Assembly: GCA_964016885.1 (NCBI GenBank)
Contig: CAXHJY010000988.1
Span: forward strand, 1 to 64,000
DNA length: 64,000 nt
Source: Eledone cirrhosa
Lineage: Eukaryota
Reading direction: 5' to 3'
This document shows, piece by piece, positions 52,311-64,000 of this stretch (position 1 is its first letter; each line of letters opens with the position of its first letter). The position numbers and the translations under genes are program-made. The notes beneath the pieces were generated by a model that saw only the letters and a list, made by a program, of their open reading frames with translations, ran no database searches and was not told where the DNA came from.

Positions 52311-55300
52311 CAGAGGTTCTCAAACTGGGCACTACCCTACCCTGGGGGCGTTAAGAAGCTCCAGAGGGGGGGGGGAGGTAGATATGATATAATAGTATAT
52401 AAAATATCACAAATGATATATATTATATATAAATATAGTAAAATATATAATATTTATTTATACATAGTATATATTATCATCATCATCATCATCATCATCG
52501 TTTAACGTCCATATTCCACGCTTGCATGGGTTTGGACGGGAGTTTTCCCACTTGAGGCAAGAGTGGTTGTCTTGCTCGCATAGGACTGTCTGGCGGGTTT
52601 TCTACGGCTGGATGCCCTTCCTAACACCAACCACGTTTACAGTGTGGACTGGGAGGTTTTTACCGTGTTTACCTATATGGGCACATTACAGCGTGGACTG
52701 TGTGTTTTTTGTCGTGACACCTACACGACCTCATTTGTTTTGGGCTGGATGTTGTGGTACCAACATAACTTTACATTGAAAGGGGTGGTGTGGGTGGGGT
52801 GGGGGTAGTGGGACTGGGGTGTATTTTGTTAGAGGTGCCTACTAACTGTAGTTTCGCTTTGTACTTAGGCAAGGCGGGTCTTCTGTATAACTGTGTAGTG
52901 CCAAAGATCTCGGTCCAGTGACATTGTCTTGGAGAGGTGTAAGTGTTTGAGGTCAGAATTTATCAAGTCGTCCCAGGTTTTTCTGGGTCTGCCTACTCCG
53001 TGGCTACCGTCTATTTTTATCGCCCTGCACTTTTTTATACAGCTGTCGTCTTTCATGCGCATCACGTGACCCTACCAACGTAGTCTTCTCTCGAGTAAAC
53101 AACATCTGATCCCTCTTATTTCTAATTTCTGCCTTAGTTCGTTTATGCTTTGCCGTTCACGTATATTACTATTACACATCCAGCGGAGCATGCAAGCTTC
53201 GTTCCTCTCTAGTCTGCGTATATCCTCTGCACACAATGCCCAGGTCTCACTGCCATACAACATTGCTGTTCGTATGCAGGCATCATACAGCCTGCCTTTC
53301 ATTTTTAGGGAGAACCCTTTAGCGGCTAATAGTGGTATAAGCTCTCTGAACTTTTTCCATCCAGTTCTGACTCTAGCTACTGTACTTTCAGAGCACCCTC
53401 CCCCACTGCTGATTTTGTCACCCAGGTAACGGAAGCTGTCCACTATTTCTATAGAACCATCTGTGCAATTGAAAGAGCTAGTATTCTGTGGGCACTTGCT
53501 GCTACTTATTGCACCAGAGCACCGGCCACATATAAAATCTATATTCTTAGTTAGCTTACCTGTGATCCCACTACATCTTTTATGCACCCATACTTTGCAT
53601 TTGGGACATAAAATGGAGTTTCTACCTACTCCTTTCCTACACACTGAGCATGGCCATTTCCCGGATGGGACCGGCGCCCTATTTTCCTTCCTACAAACTA
53701 GAACTTTAGTCTTAGACAGGTTAATTTTAAGGCCTTTTGATTCTAGGCCATGCTTCCATGTTTGGAATTTCTTCTCTAGTTCGGCCATTGATTCAGCTAT
53801 GAACGTTAGATCATCTGCGTATAGGAGTTCCCATGGGCAGCCGGTCTTGAACTCCACTGTTTATAGCCTGAAGGGCAATAATAAATAGTAGGGGGCTAAG
53901 AACGGAGCCCTGATGAACACCAACTTTTACGCTAAACTCTTCACTATATTCGTTGTTAATTCTAACCTTGCTGACTGTTTCTTTATACATGGCTTGTATA
54001 GCTCTCACAAGCCATTCATCAACACCTAGTTTTCTAAGAGCCCACCAGATAATGGAACGGGGGACTCTGTCGAAGGCTTTCTCCAAGTCAACAAAAGCTA
54101 AGTATAGGGGTTTACTTTTAGCTAGTTGTAGTTGTCGTACAATGAAAAGAGTGTCTGTGGTACTTTTGCCTGACACAAACCCAAACTGCATTTCATCTAG
54201 ATCAATTCTCTCTCTGATTAGTTGCGCTATTACTTTTTCTGTGACCTTCATGACCTGGTCGATTAATTTAATGCCTCTATAGTTACTCCTATCTAGGGCA
54301 TCTCCTTTACCCTTGTAGCAGTTAATGATGATGCTGCTACGCCAGTCCTTCGGAACAACCCCATTCTGTATGACTTGGTTTACTATCCGGGTGACCATGG
54401 TGTGTCCCACCGTTCCAGAGGCTTTCAGCATTTCAGCAACTATTTCCGAAGGCCCTGCTGCCTTACCCCTCTTCATATCATTGATTGCCTTACTAATTAT
54501 ACTACCTTCGACTAGCACTGCTGGTCCCTCAATTGGGTCGATGTGGGGGAGACTGTCTTTCTCCCATTTATTCTCCTCATTTAGTAGCCTTTCGTAGTGA
54601 CACTTCCAAGCTACCTTCTTATCAGCGTCAGTGATGGCAAGTACACCATCATCATTAAGTACACACTTCTCCCTGACAATATCACGGTTTTCCTTGACAC
54701 ATTGCCTAGCAATCCTGAACACCTCACGTTTTTGGTCCTCGCGTTGTAGAACATGCTTGAACTTTCTTTCCTCTGCTTCCCTTCTTGCGAAGTACACTTG
54801 TCTCCTAGCTTCCCTCCTGGCCAGTTGATAGTCTTCTCTACTTCCCCCATCCCGCCATACTTTCCAAGCCTGCTTTTTGGCCTTAATTGACTCCTCTACC
54901 TTACTGTTCCACCACCATGTTACTCTCCTCCTGCCTATAGGCCTGTTCCAGCCACAGACTTCGTCTGCCGCCATCAGCAGGTTTGCTTTCAGGAATTCCC
55001 ACTGTTACTCTATATTGTACGACTCTAAATGCTCTTCCTTACTGTCGAAAGCATCAAGTAATATGCTTTTAAATTTATTTCTGGCTGTGGGGTCCTTTAG
55101 CTTCCATATTTTTCTCCTGAGGATAGTCCTCTTCTGTTGTCGAGTACGTCTTGTCCTGACTATGAGGTCGCTAATTATGAGTCTATGTTGGGAGGTGCAT
55201 TCTTCATGGGGGAGGGATTTAGTGTTTACAACAGACACTCTGTCACGTCTTCTGGTAAGGATATAATCTACCTGGCTGGTATGTTCCCCTGATCTGTAGG

Positions 55301-56601
55301 TGATCAAGTGATTGTCTCATTTTTTGAAGTTAGTGTTACAGATAGTTAGGTTATTTGCGTCACAGAATTCCAGGATTCTGGAGCCTTCCTCATTTCTAGT
55401 ACCAAACCCATAGCCTCCGTGGATTCCATCATAGCCGTCACAATGTTGTCCAACGTGACGATTTAGGTCTCCAGCAATAATTATCTAGTCACTGTCGGTT
55501 ATTTGGGAGGTAGTGAGCGTCAGTGTCTCATAGAAACTGTCTTTTATAGCGCCAGGCAGTCCGGATTGGGGCGCGTACGCAGATATTACTGTCACCGTAG
55601 TTCTATTGAGGACAAGTCTTATTTTAATTATTCTGTCGTTCACTCTATTTACGTCTATTATCTTATCTACCCATTTTTCTGCTAGCATGAATCCTACTCC
55701 ACCCAGCCCATTGTCATTTCCCACCCAGAAAAGCTTATAGCATCGTTTTTTACCCATAATGAATCTAGCAGACCCGCCCCTCCATCTGGTCTCTTGGATA
55801 CAGCAAACATCAACCTCCTTACGTTCAAGCATTTCTACAACCTCGTTAGAGCGGCCTTTTAAGGTGCCTACATTCATGGTACCAACTCTGAAGTTTTGGA
55901 TTGCGTTTGGTGGGTGGGGCGCAAGGGGTGGGAGGTTTATGTTGGCCATCCACGGCTGCAACAAAGAGGAGGGGGCCTTGCCCTTTCGTCCGGCAGCATG
56001 AGGTGAATTTGTCGTTATCTTTGGCATTGTCTTCGAGTGTCCAGATTCTTCAGACTCTCCAGAAATTCCTTAGTCCATCCATCATATCGAAAAGTAACCA
56101 GAAGTGATAGCATAGGCCGTTGACTTGTGATTGGTCCAAATAATAAAGGTGGAGAGTGGGGGCAGGAGGGATGAGTATGGGGTAGTTAGCGAGGAGCAGG
56201 CTTATTTATATTTGGTGCGTAGGGAGTGAGAGGGAGATTGAGAGAGCGACGTATATGATAGAGAGAGTGGGGGTGATAGCGATTTTAGAGGGCCGAGAAG
56301 ATTATTTAGAACAAGCGTGGAGAATTATATTATTTATGGAATATTATATTATTTATTATATATAAATTATATTATATTATTTATTATATATAAATTATAT
56401 TATATTATTTATTATATATAAATTATATTATATTATTTATTATATATAAATTATATTATATTATTTATTATATATAAATTAACGATTTTATTTATTTTAT
56501 ATTATTTACAATTGGTGTGTGGGAGGGTCTCTCTGGAAATAGGGTTTTGGGGGGGTTATTATATGGCCGGAGCGGTGACCCAAAAGGTTTGAGAACCTTT
56601 G
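52311..56601. mobile_element. hAT/Charlie-like MITE containing the near-full-length RTE
   Basis: TIRs CAGAGGTTCTCAAAC / GTTTGAGAACCTTTG; degenerate 8-bp TSD TTTTACAC / GTTTACAT. Confidence 0.7.
52476..56330 (-). mobile_element. Near-full-length RTE LINE subfamily 1 (APE, RT, PHD-like finger), inactivated by stops and a frameshift
   Basis: APE motifs GTMNVGTL, CCIQETRW, ISAYAPQ, QVDYIL, SQHRLI; RT motifs; pyrimidine-rich 5' UTR; (GAT)n tail. Confidence 0.95.
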
Positions 56602-56894
56602 GTTTACATAGTGTCCTTTCTCTCCTACTTTATTCTACCATCTGACCCCTTTCTCTTTCTGTCCTGTCTTTCCTTCCCACACACCACCTCCGAACACAGA
56701 GGAGCTAAACTCCCACTCTCACTGCCTCCGTCGCTCTCACCCTCCCCATCTCTCACTAATATGAGCAAAAAGGGTCCATCGCGCTGGCCACCCCATGGCC
56801 CCGGCAGACAGAATAGGGAAGGTGTTCCCTCGGAAGATTGTTATATCTCAGTTCTGTCTTTCTCCCTTTATTGCACTTATACTGTGTCTATGCT

Positions 56895-57066
56895 CACACA
56901 CGCACACACAGACACACACACACACACACAGACACACAGATACACACACAGAGACACACACAGACACACACACACACACACACAGACACAGATACATACA
57001 GATACACACACACACAGATACACACACACACAGACACACACAGATACACACACAGACACACACACA

Positions 57067-57102
<36 letters not shown>

Positions 57103-57677
57103 TACACACAGACACACACACACACAGATACACACAGAGACATACAGACACACACACAGACACAGACATACAGACACACACAGACACACACACACACACA
57201 GATACACACACACACACACACACACACACAGATACACACACAGACACAGACATACAGACACACACACAGACACAGACACACACACAGACACACACACACA
57301 CAGATACACACACAGAGACACACACAGACACAGACACACAAACACAGACACAGACACACACACACAGACACACGCATACACACACAGACACACACACACA
57401 CACAGATACACACACAGATACATACAGACACACACACAGACACAGACACACACACACACAGACACACACACACAGACACACACACACACAGATACACACA
57501 CAGAGACACACAGACACACACACAAACACAGACACAGACACACACACACACAGACACACACAGACACACACACACAGACACACACACACAGACACACACA
57601 CACACAGACACACACACACACACAGACACACACACACACACACAGACACACACAGACACACACACAGACACACACAG

Positions 57678-57709
<32 letters not shown>

Positions 57710-58030
57710 ACACACACACACACACATACACACACATACACACACACACAGACACACACACAGACACACACACAGACACACACACACAGACACACACACA
57801 CACAGACACACACACACACACACAGACACACACACACACACAGACACACACAGACACACACACAGACACACACAGACACACACACACACACACACAGAGA
57901 CACACACACACACACACATACACACAGACACACACATACACACACACATACACACACATACACACACACAGACACACACACATACACACAGACACACACA
58001 CACACATACACACAGACACACACATATATA
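56895..58030. repeat. (CA)n/(CAGA) microsatellite
   Basis: Direct reading; the THTH/CVCV ORFs are artefacts. Confidence 0.97.
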
Positions 58031-58239
58031 CATGTAAAAACAATATTCAGTTCAACATTTTCCACACATTTCCACACAAACACAACCAAACCCTTAGCTA
58101 TTGTAGTATCACAACCATCACTGACTCAGCCCCTAGCCACTCTTAAGATGCTAATCAGGGTCTCAGCCCAGAAAAAATGACAATACACCCGTGTTACCAA
58201 ATAATGCTCCAGTCCCTAATTGCCTACCGCTCTGCTGTA

Positions 58240-58830
58240 CATGTGCCAACATCAACAGGTGTTTATATCATCTCACTTGCATCAGCTTGACATAACAAGC
58301 CTCAAATGCTCTTTCAATGTGGGCATGCAGCAGCAGCTGCTTACTCCTCCCCTGAGCAGCCTCCACCCCAAGATGAGACAACAAACATGTCCAACACTTA
58401 ATCTTCACTGGTCAACATTGTACGGTTCAGGCAACTTTGTAAGATCCCTCTAAAAACCTTGAAAGCAGCCCGGGTGCTGGTGGCCAATGCCTTCTCCTCT
58501 TCAATTGGGAAAACCCTGGACTCCGATTGACTTAATGATTGGGAATGACTTCTATTTCACTCCTCTTGCCCTTAGTCTCCCCAAAACTGATGCCAATTGA
58601 GGTGGCTTGTCGACAATGGCTCCAAGCTAACATTTTGACCTTTGGGTAGGTGCCCATTCCAAAAGTGTCCAAATACATTACACTCTGCTCATTCACATGC
58701 TTGCAGTTCTCCACGCCTGATGCCAGCTCAAAGCAGGGCAAACTATCAAAATATTGGTTGCCCTCCAATAGGTTTGAAGTTGAACCTGTAGCAGTGGAGA
58801 TTTCTGGCATTCTTTAGCCCCAGACTATGT
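58240..58830 (+). pseudogene. Possible decayed CRE/R2-type retroelement RLE endonuclease region
   Basis: KLSKY..PSNRFEVEPVAVEISGIL resembles the K..KY...F.P.AVET.G RLE motif; upstream motifs are only weakly visible. Confidence 0.4.
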
Positions 58831-58984
58831 CCCTACTCACTACTATCGGGGTGGAATTGGCTACCCACAGGAACAAGCTCATCATCATCATCATCATCTT
58901 TGTTTAATGTCCATCTTCCTAGAACAACATTTTCTCCATTCTGTCTGCTGTGACCATGAGGTTGCTTACTCACTGGCTCCCAAA

Positions 58985-59108
58985 CACCAGTGAATGGTCC
59001 CCGACTCTGAGCCCACAACACTGTGACAGTGATGCTGAGTCAGTCACACCAGTGAATGATCCCTGACTCTGAGCCCACAACACTGTGACAGTGATGCTGA
59101 GTCAGTCA
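58985..59108. repeat. 62-bp direct duplication
   Basis: ACACCAGTGAATG...GCCCACAACACTGTGACAGTGATGCTGAGTCAGTC occurs twice. Confidence 0.9.
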
Positions 59109-59211
59109 ATTACATAAACATTTGTTAACCCTAATTATACACCCATCTGTATTTTGAAGTTGTATTCAAATCAATGACAATATCACACAGTATATAAAAA
59201 GTGTTATAACA

Positions 59212-59438
59212 TTAACCTCTTCAGTGCCACAGACAAGATAACTCGTCCTAACATTTTTGAACTCCTTTCCAACAGTTCATAAATTTAAAGTTATGAAATT
59301 GTTTCCAACAGTTCATAATTTCAAAGCTAGATGGGGTTACTAGTTCATTGATGTGATGTTTGTCAATCAAAATAGTCATTTTACGGAAAGAAAACCTTGA
59401 ACAGCTGTGTAAAATATACACGGCAGTCAACAGATTAA
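59212..59438. mobile_element. piggyBac-type MITE family P2
   Basis: TTAA|CCTCTTCAGTGCC...GGCAGTCAACAGA|TTAA. Confidence 0.75.
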
Positions 59439-59490
59439 TGCCACAAATGAAGACATAATAACAGATTGTCCAGTTGAGCTTTTAACTATA

Positions 59491-59824
59491 CAGTTGAACC
59501 ATGGTTCACAAACTTAATTCATTCACGAAGGCTGTTCATCACCTGAAATATTCATAAGCTAAAGCTATTTCCCCCATATGAAATGTTGAGGGAGAAATAC
59601 AGTGAGAGAGAGAGAGACTGTGTGTAAAAGACTGATAGATATCACCATAGTAACTAACTACTCAGCAAGTAACGTTTTGTCGGCAATACTCCCAGCTTGT
59701 TGCCAACCATTGTTGCAGGCTTGAAACACTGTTCATTACTTGAGACACCGTTCATGAACTGAGATGTTTTATGTTCAGAAAAATTGTTCTTGATGAGAGG
59801 CATTCATGAACCAAGGTTCCACTG
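59491..59824. mobile_element. Tigger/pogo-like MITE
   Basis: TA|CAGTTGAACCATGGTTCAC...ATGAACCAAGGTTCCACTG|TA. Confidence 0.8.
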
Positions 59825-59829
59825 TACTG

Positions 59830-60261
59830 ACTCCATCAAGAATGTTATCACGTATACTGAAACTAAAGGCTGGTATAGTTATCATGATATAACATAACTT
59901 GACTTGAGAAGAGAACTGCTTAATGGAACATGACCTTTCATACAATCTCTTCATGATCTCTTCATAACTGGTAGTAAGAAAGGAGGGGTGTTTATCTCAA
60001 TATCAAATGTTATACCCAGTGATATCAATCTTTCTTTTACTTGAAGCAGACATCAATTTCTTGCTATTCTGTCATTTACAGTAAACATTAATAAATTGCA
60101 AGGTTAGCCGTTTGCATTCTCAAGTCTTTTTCTTTCTCCTAGAAACCTCCATATGGCATAGCACTCAGTAAATCTACAAATAGAAATAATTTGAACATTC
60201 ACACAGAAAATATGGACAACTATAGAAATCTTTTTGGAAATAAAATACTCACTAAAACATA

Positions 60262-60265
<4 letters not shown>
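59830..60265 (+). pseudogene. C-terminal PIF1 helicase remnant of the plus-strand Helitron
   Basis: LKLKAGIVIM...LLNGT...PSDINLSF..RHQFLAILSFTVNINKLQG...NIVY, matching the canonical LKLKVG..NGTRL..RQFP..AFAMTINKSQG..NIVY. Confidence 0.85.
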
Positions 60266-60306
<41 letters not shown>

Positions 60307-60398
60307 AAGTAATTCCATCGGAAAGGTCCAGGAAAAAAGAGTGCTTTATGTGAATTACAGAGCTTATTAGTTATGTAATAAACAACATAAGATAATTA

Positions 60399-60458
60399 TT
60401 TCATTTACCAGTGGTTTCTTGAAAGCAATCAAAATTGCTTTCATTCATCAGAATGAAA
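60399..60458 (-). ncRNA. Intact type-I hammerhead ribozyme motif
   Basis: Reverse complement TTTCATT-CTGATGA-ATGAAAGCAAT(TTTG)ATTGCTTTCAA-GAAA-CCACTGG-TA^AATGAAA: perfect 7-bp stem I, 10-bp stem II and a GUA cleavage triplet. Confidence 0.85.
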
Positions 60459-60821
60459 AAATCCTGGTGTCTTTATTGACAGTGGATTTGAAAAACAAAA
60501 ATATAACAGATATGAAAGTGAGGCTGGAGGAAAAAAAAGGGGGGGGGGGGATAATAATAAATAAGAATATATAACAACACACATGTACACACACTCACGC
60601 ACACATGCACACTCACTTATACACACATTGTCGTAATGAGATGAGACAGTTGATCTATCAAGGTAACAACAGTGTATCTGTGATGTCCGGTAATCAAGGA
60701 GAGATATCAAACAGATATAGTCAGTCTAGAAGTCATTACTATCCTGAAGACTGGAAGACATCAACAATGAACAGATCTCTTCAAAAATCCACAAAGGTAA
60801 ACTCTATTATATATTTTCTGT

Positions 60822-62318
60822 TATAATAATAATAATAATGAAATTATTGTGTAAAGTGCTCAGGTGCGCTACAACTCGTCAAAGGTGTATGTATAGTACA
60901 TAGAATAATACACAAATGTCAGGGAAGTGAATAGTGTATGAGTCATGGTATACATGTGTGTATGTGTATGGAGGGGGAACATTAGGTGTAGTGTGAGCGA
61001 ATCTCGGGAAGCATGGAGGCCTTAAAGGATGCAGTGTCTCGACAGCTAACAACTGATGCAGGTAGTTTGTTCCATGCTTCAGCAACTCTGAGCGTGAAAA
61101 AATGTTTCCGAAAGTCATGGGAACTGTGCTGTTTTCTGACTTTGTGGGCATGCCCACGTGTGTTAGACACATGGAAATCAAAAAGGTACTCAGGGTTGTT
61201 GTTGGCAACATGGTTAACAATTTTGTGGGTGTTTACCAAGTCAGTTGCCAGACATCGGAGCTTCAATGTATCCATATCCAGGGAAGCAAGGTGCTCAGAG
61301 TATGGTAGATACCTGATGGAGGGTATTCACTTGGTTGCACGTCTCTGAACAGTTTCCAGGCGGTCAATGTTCTGAGCAAGATAGGGGTTCCAGACTGGTG
61401 ATGAAAATTCTAAGTGTGGCCGCACCATAGCCATGTACAGCCTTAAATAGATAGCTGGAGAGTGGCTGACAAAGGTCTTGCTGAGTGATGCTAAGACACC
61501 CTCGGCCCTCTTGACAATTTTAGAGATGTGCTTCGTCCAACACAAATCGCTGCTGACCGTAATGCCCAGGTCATGTTCACAAGAAGACTTCTTGATATTA
61601 ATGCTGTGGAGGGAGTATGTGGATGCTGGGTTTTTACTCCCAAAATGCATGGTGGTGCACTTGTCCACAGCTAGCTTGAGTTGCCAGTCTGTAATCCATT
61701 GTTGCATTGTGTTCAGGTCTGATTGCAGGAAAGATCTATAGTGTTCAGGATCTGTCCTTTTTATCTCAAGGTACAGCTTGATGTCATCTGCGTACTTTAG
61801 TACTGTGGCATTCTTTAAGTTGGCATCTATGTCATTAATATATGCCACAAACAAAAGGGGGCCAAGAACAGATCCCTGTGGTACACCAGATGACATCTCA
61901 TATGGTGAGGAATGCTGTCCCAGAACCGTGACTACCTCTCTTCGACTGAGAATGAAGGACTTCAACCAGTTAAAAAGATCATCCTTCACACCCATTGCAG
62001 AGAGTTTTGCCATAAGTCTTTTGTGTGGCACAGAATTGAAAGCTTTAACAAAGTCAAGGTAAACAACATCCACCCATGAGCCGCCATCAGTGATCCGGGT
62101 GATGTCTTCAAGAAACTCGATAAGTTGATCACAGCAGCTGGAGTTAGGGATAAATCCAAATTGTGAGGGCCGGATAAGACTGTGAGAGTTCCAGAAGTTC
62201 TAAAGTGTTTCTCTGACACAGGATTCCATCGGTTTGGCAATGCAGCTAGTAAGACTGACTGGACGATAGTTGACAGTGATGTGCGGTCACACTTTTTGAA
62301 CAGAAGAATGACACTGTT
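60822..62318 (-). mobile_element. CR1-clade LINE, 5'-truncated
   Basis: YLDFVKAFNSVPH, SGVPQGSVLGPLLF, YADDIKL, VRPHLEF..PVWNP, ETVQRRATK, TRGHAHK; (TTA)n tail. Confidence 0.93.
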
Positions 62319-62334
62319 AATAAATAATATTTAA

Positions 62335-62590
62335 AATGAGGTCGTGTAGGTGTCACGACAAAAAAACACACAGTCCACGCTGTAATGTGGCCGTGTAGGT
62401 AACACGGTAAAAACCTCCCAGTCCACACTGTAAACGTGGTTGGTGTTAGGAAGGGCATCCAGCCATAGAAAACCCGCCAGACAGTCCTATACGAGCAGGA
62501 CAACCAATCTTGCCTCAAGTGGAAAAATTCCCGTCTAAATCCATGCAAGCGTGGAAGATAGACGTTAAACGATGATGATGATGATGATGA
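62335..62590 (+). mobile_element. RTE subfamily 1, 3' UTR only
   Basis: Matches 3712-3966. Confidence 0.9.
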
Positions 62591-62633
62591 TATACACGCA
62601 TATATACACATATATATACACAGAGATACATAT

Positions 62634-62665
<32 letters not shown>

Positions 62666-63040
62666 CCATATCCATACATAAACACACCAACACATGTATA
62701 TATATATATATATATATACATATATATAAATACATGCACACACATACATATATATATACATATATATATACATATATATACACATACACATACATACATA
62801 CATACATACACACACACATACATACACACATATATATACACATATGCATACGTACTCACATATAAAAGGATACGTATGCTCACACATAAATAAGAATAAA
62901 TAATCATAATAGGCTGTCACATACAAATAAGCAAATAAAAAATAAGGATTAAGAAAATAAAAAATAAAAAATATTAAGTTGACAGCGATACAAGACGGCA
63001 AAATTTAAAATAAAAATAAAAATAAAAATAATAATAATAA

Positions 63041-63225
63041 TAATTGTTTCTACTTTTGGCACAAGGCCAGCAAATAATCAGTACATTACTGGTACTTTAT
63101 TTTATCGACCCCGTAAGGATGAAAGGCAAAGTTAACCTCGGCGGGATTTGAACTCAGAATGGCAAGGGCCGAAACTCTATGCATCAAAGCATGGCGTCCG
63201 ACTCTACCAATACTGCCAATCCACC
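63041..63225 (-). mobile_element. Nin/Deu-domain tRNA SINE, full length
   Basis: tRNA-like head GGTGGATTGGCAG...GAGTTCAAATCC; Nin domain CTTTGCCTTTCATCCTTACGGGGTCGATAAAATAAAGTACCAG; (TTA)n tail. Confidence 0.9.
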
Positions 63226-63279
63226 AATAATAATAATAATAAATGACCAAACGCACGTGGTAAGCAAATGCACAAAAAA

Positions 63280-63591
63280 AACTAAATATATATATATATA
63301 AAAATATATATATATACACACACACACACATATATATATATATATGTACATACACACACACACATACATATACACACACATACGCATACATATAAATATA
63401 CAAGCACACCCCATACATATAAACACAGCACAGACACAAAAGAGTATATACATACAAATACATATACACGCACACATAAATGCATACAACCACAAACACA
63501 CATATAGTGTAAAAATGTCTTAAAGATAAAATCACAAATATAAAAACTATAAAGTTACATACACACATACGCATAAGTACGTACACACTCA

Positions 63592-63684
<93 letters not shown>

Positions 63685-63821
63685 ATATATATATGTAAAA
63701 AAAAAACATAAATATATATATATACACACATATACACACCTACACACATACACACACACATACATATATATATATACACGCACGCATATACACATATATA
63801 TACATACATACATACACATAT

Positions 63822-63872
<51 letters not shown>
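63280..63872. repeat. Mixed (TA)n/(CA)n low-complexity tract
   Basis: Direct reading. Confidence 0.9.
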
Positions 63873-63875
<3 letters not shown>

Positions 63876-64000
63876 TCATAATCTATAAAGCTCAGTGTGT
63901 GGTCATGCTCCTTCGTTATAGAAATCTACGATATAGAATTTCTTCAATTGAAATTTACAATTTAGTATCCGAAATAGTTTCGATTGCGTCTTGGCGCAGA

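Noticed and set aside
56599-58180. His/Thr- and Cys/Val-rich long ORFs
   Set aside because: (CA)n microsatellite translations.

Overview
AT-rich eukaryotic DNA made almost entirely of microsatellites and nested transposable elements. The SINE families point to an octopod cephalopod (inference). No intact host gene, rRNA, true tRNA or CRISPR array is supported. Contents: RTE-clade LINEs of three subfamilies, all carrying a C4-H-C3 PHD-like finger inside the RT; two Penelope-like (GIY-YIG) retroelement remnants; a CR1 LINE; a probable CRE/RLE remnant; CORE- and Nin-type tRNA SINEs; two decayed RepHel Helitrons, one scattered over about 15 kb; two tandem non-autonomous Helitrons; piggyBac, mariner, Tigger and hAT MITEs; and several minisatellites. 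The main signal not shown in the ORF track is roughly 15 minimal type-I hammerhead-ribozyme motifs of many sequence families, read by eye. Many lie in short fold-back, ORF-less elements inserted in (TA)n tracts. One ~310-nt family has three copies that all start at an AA(G/A)ATGGCG YY1-like motif and use two alternative AATAT 3' ends. Also notable is a 106-unit 29-bp array whose unexpanded, possibly coding, paralogue lies 380 bp away.
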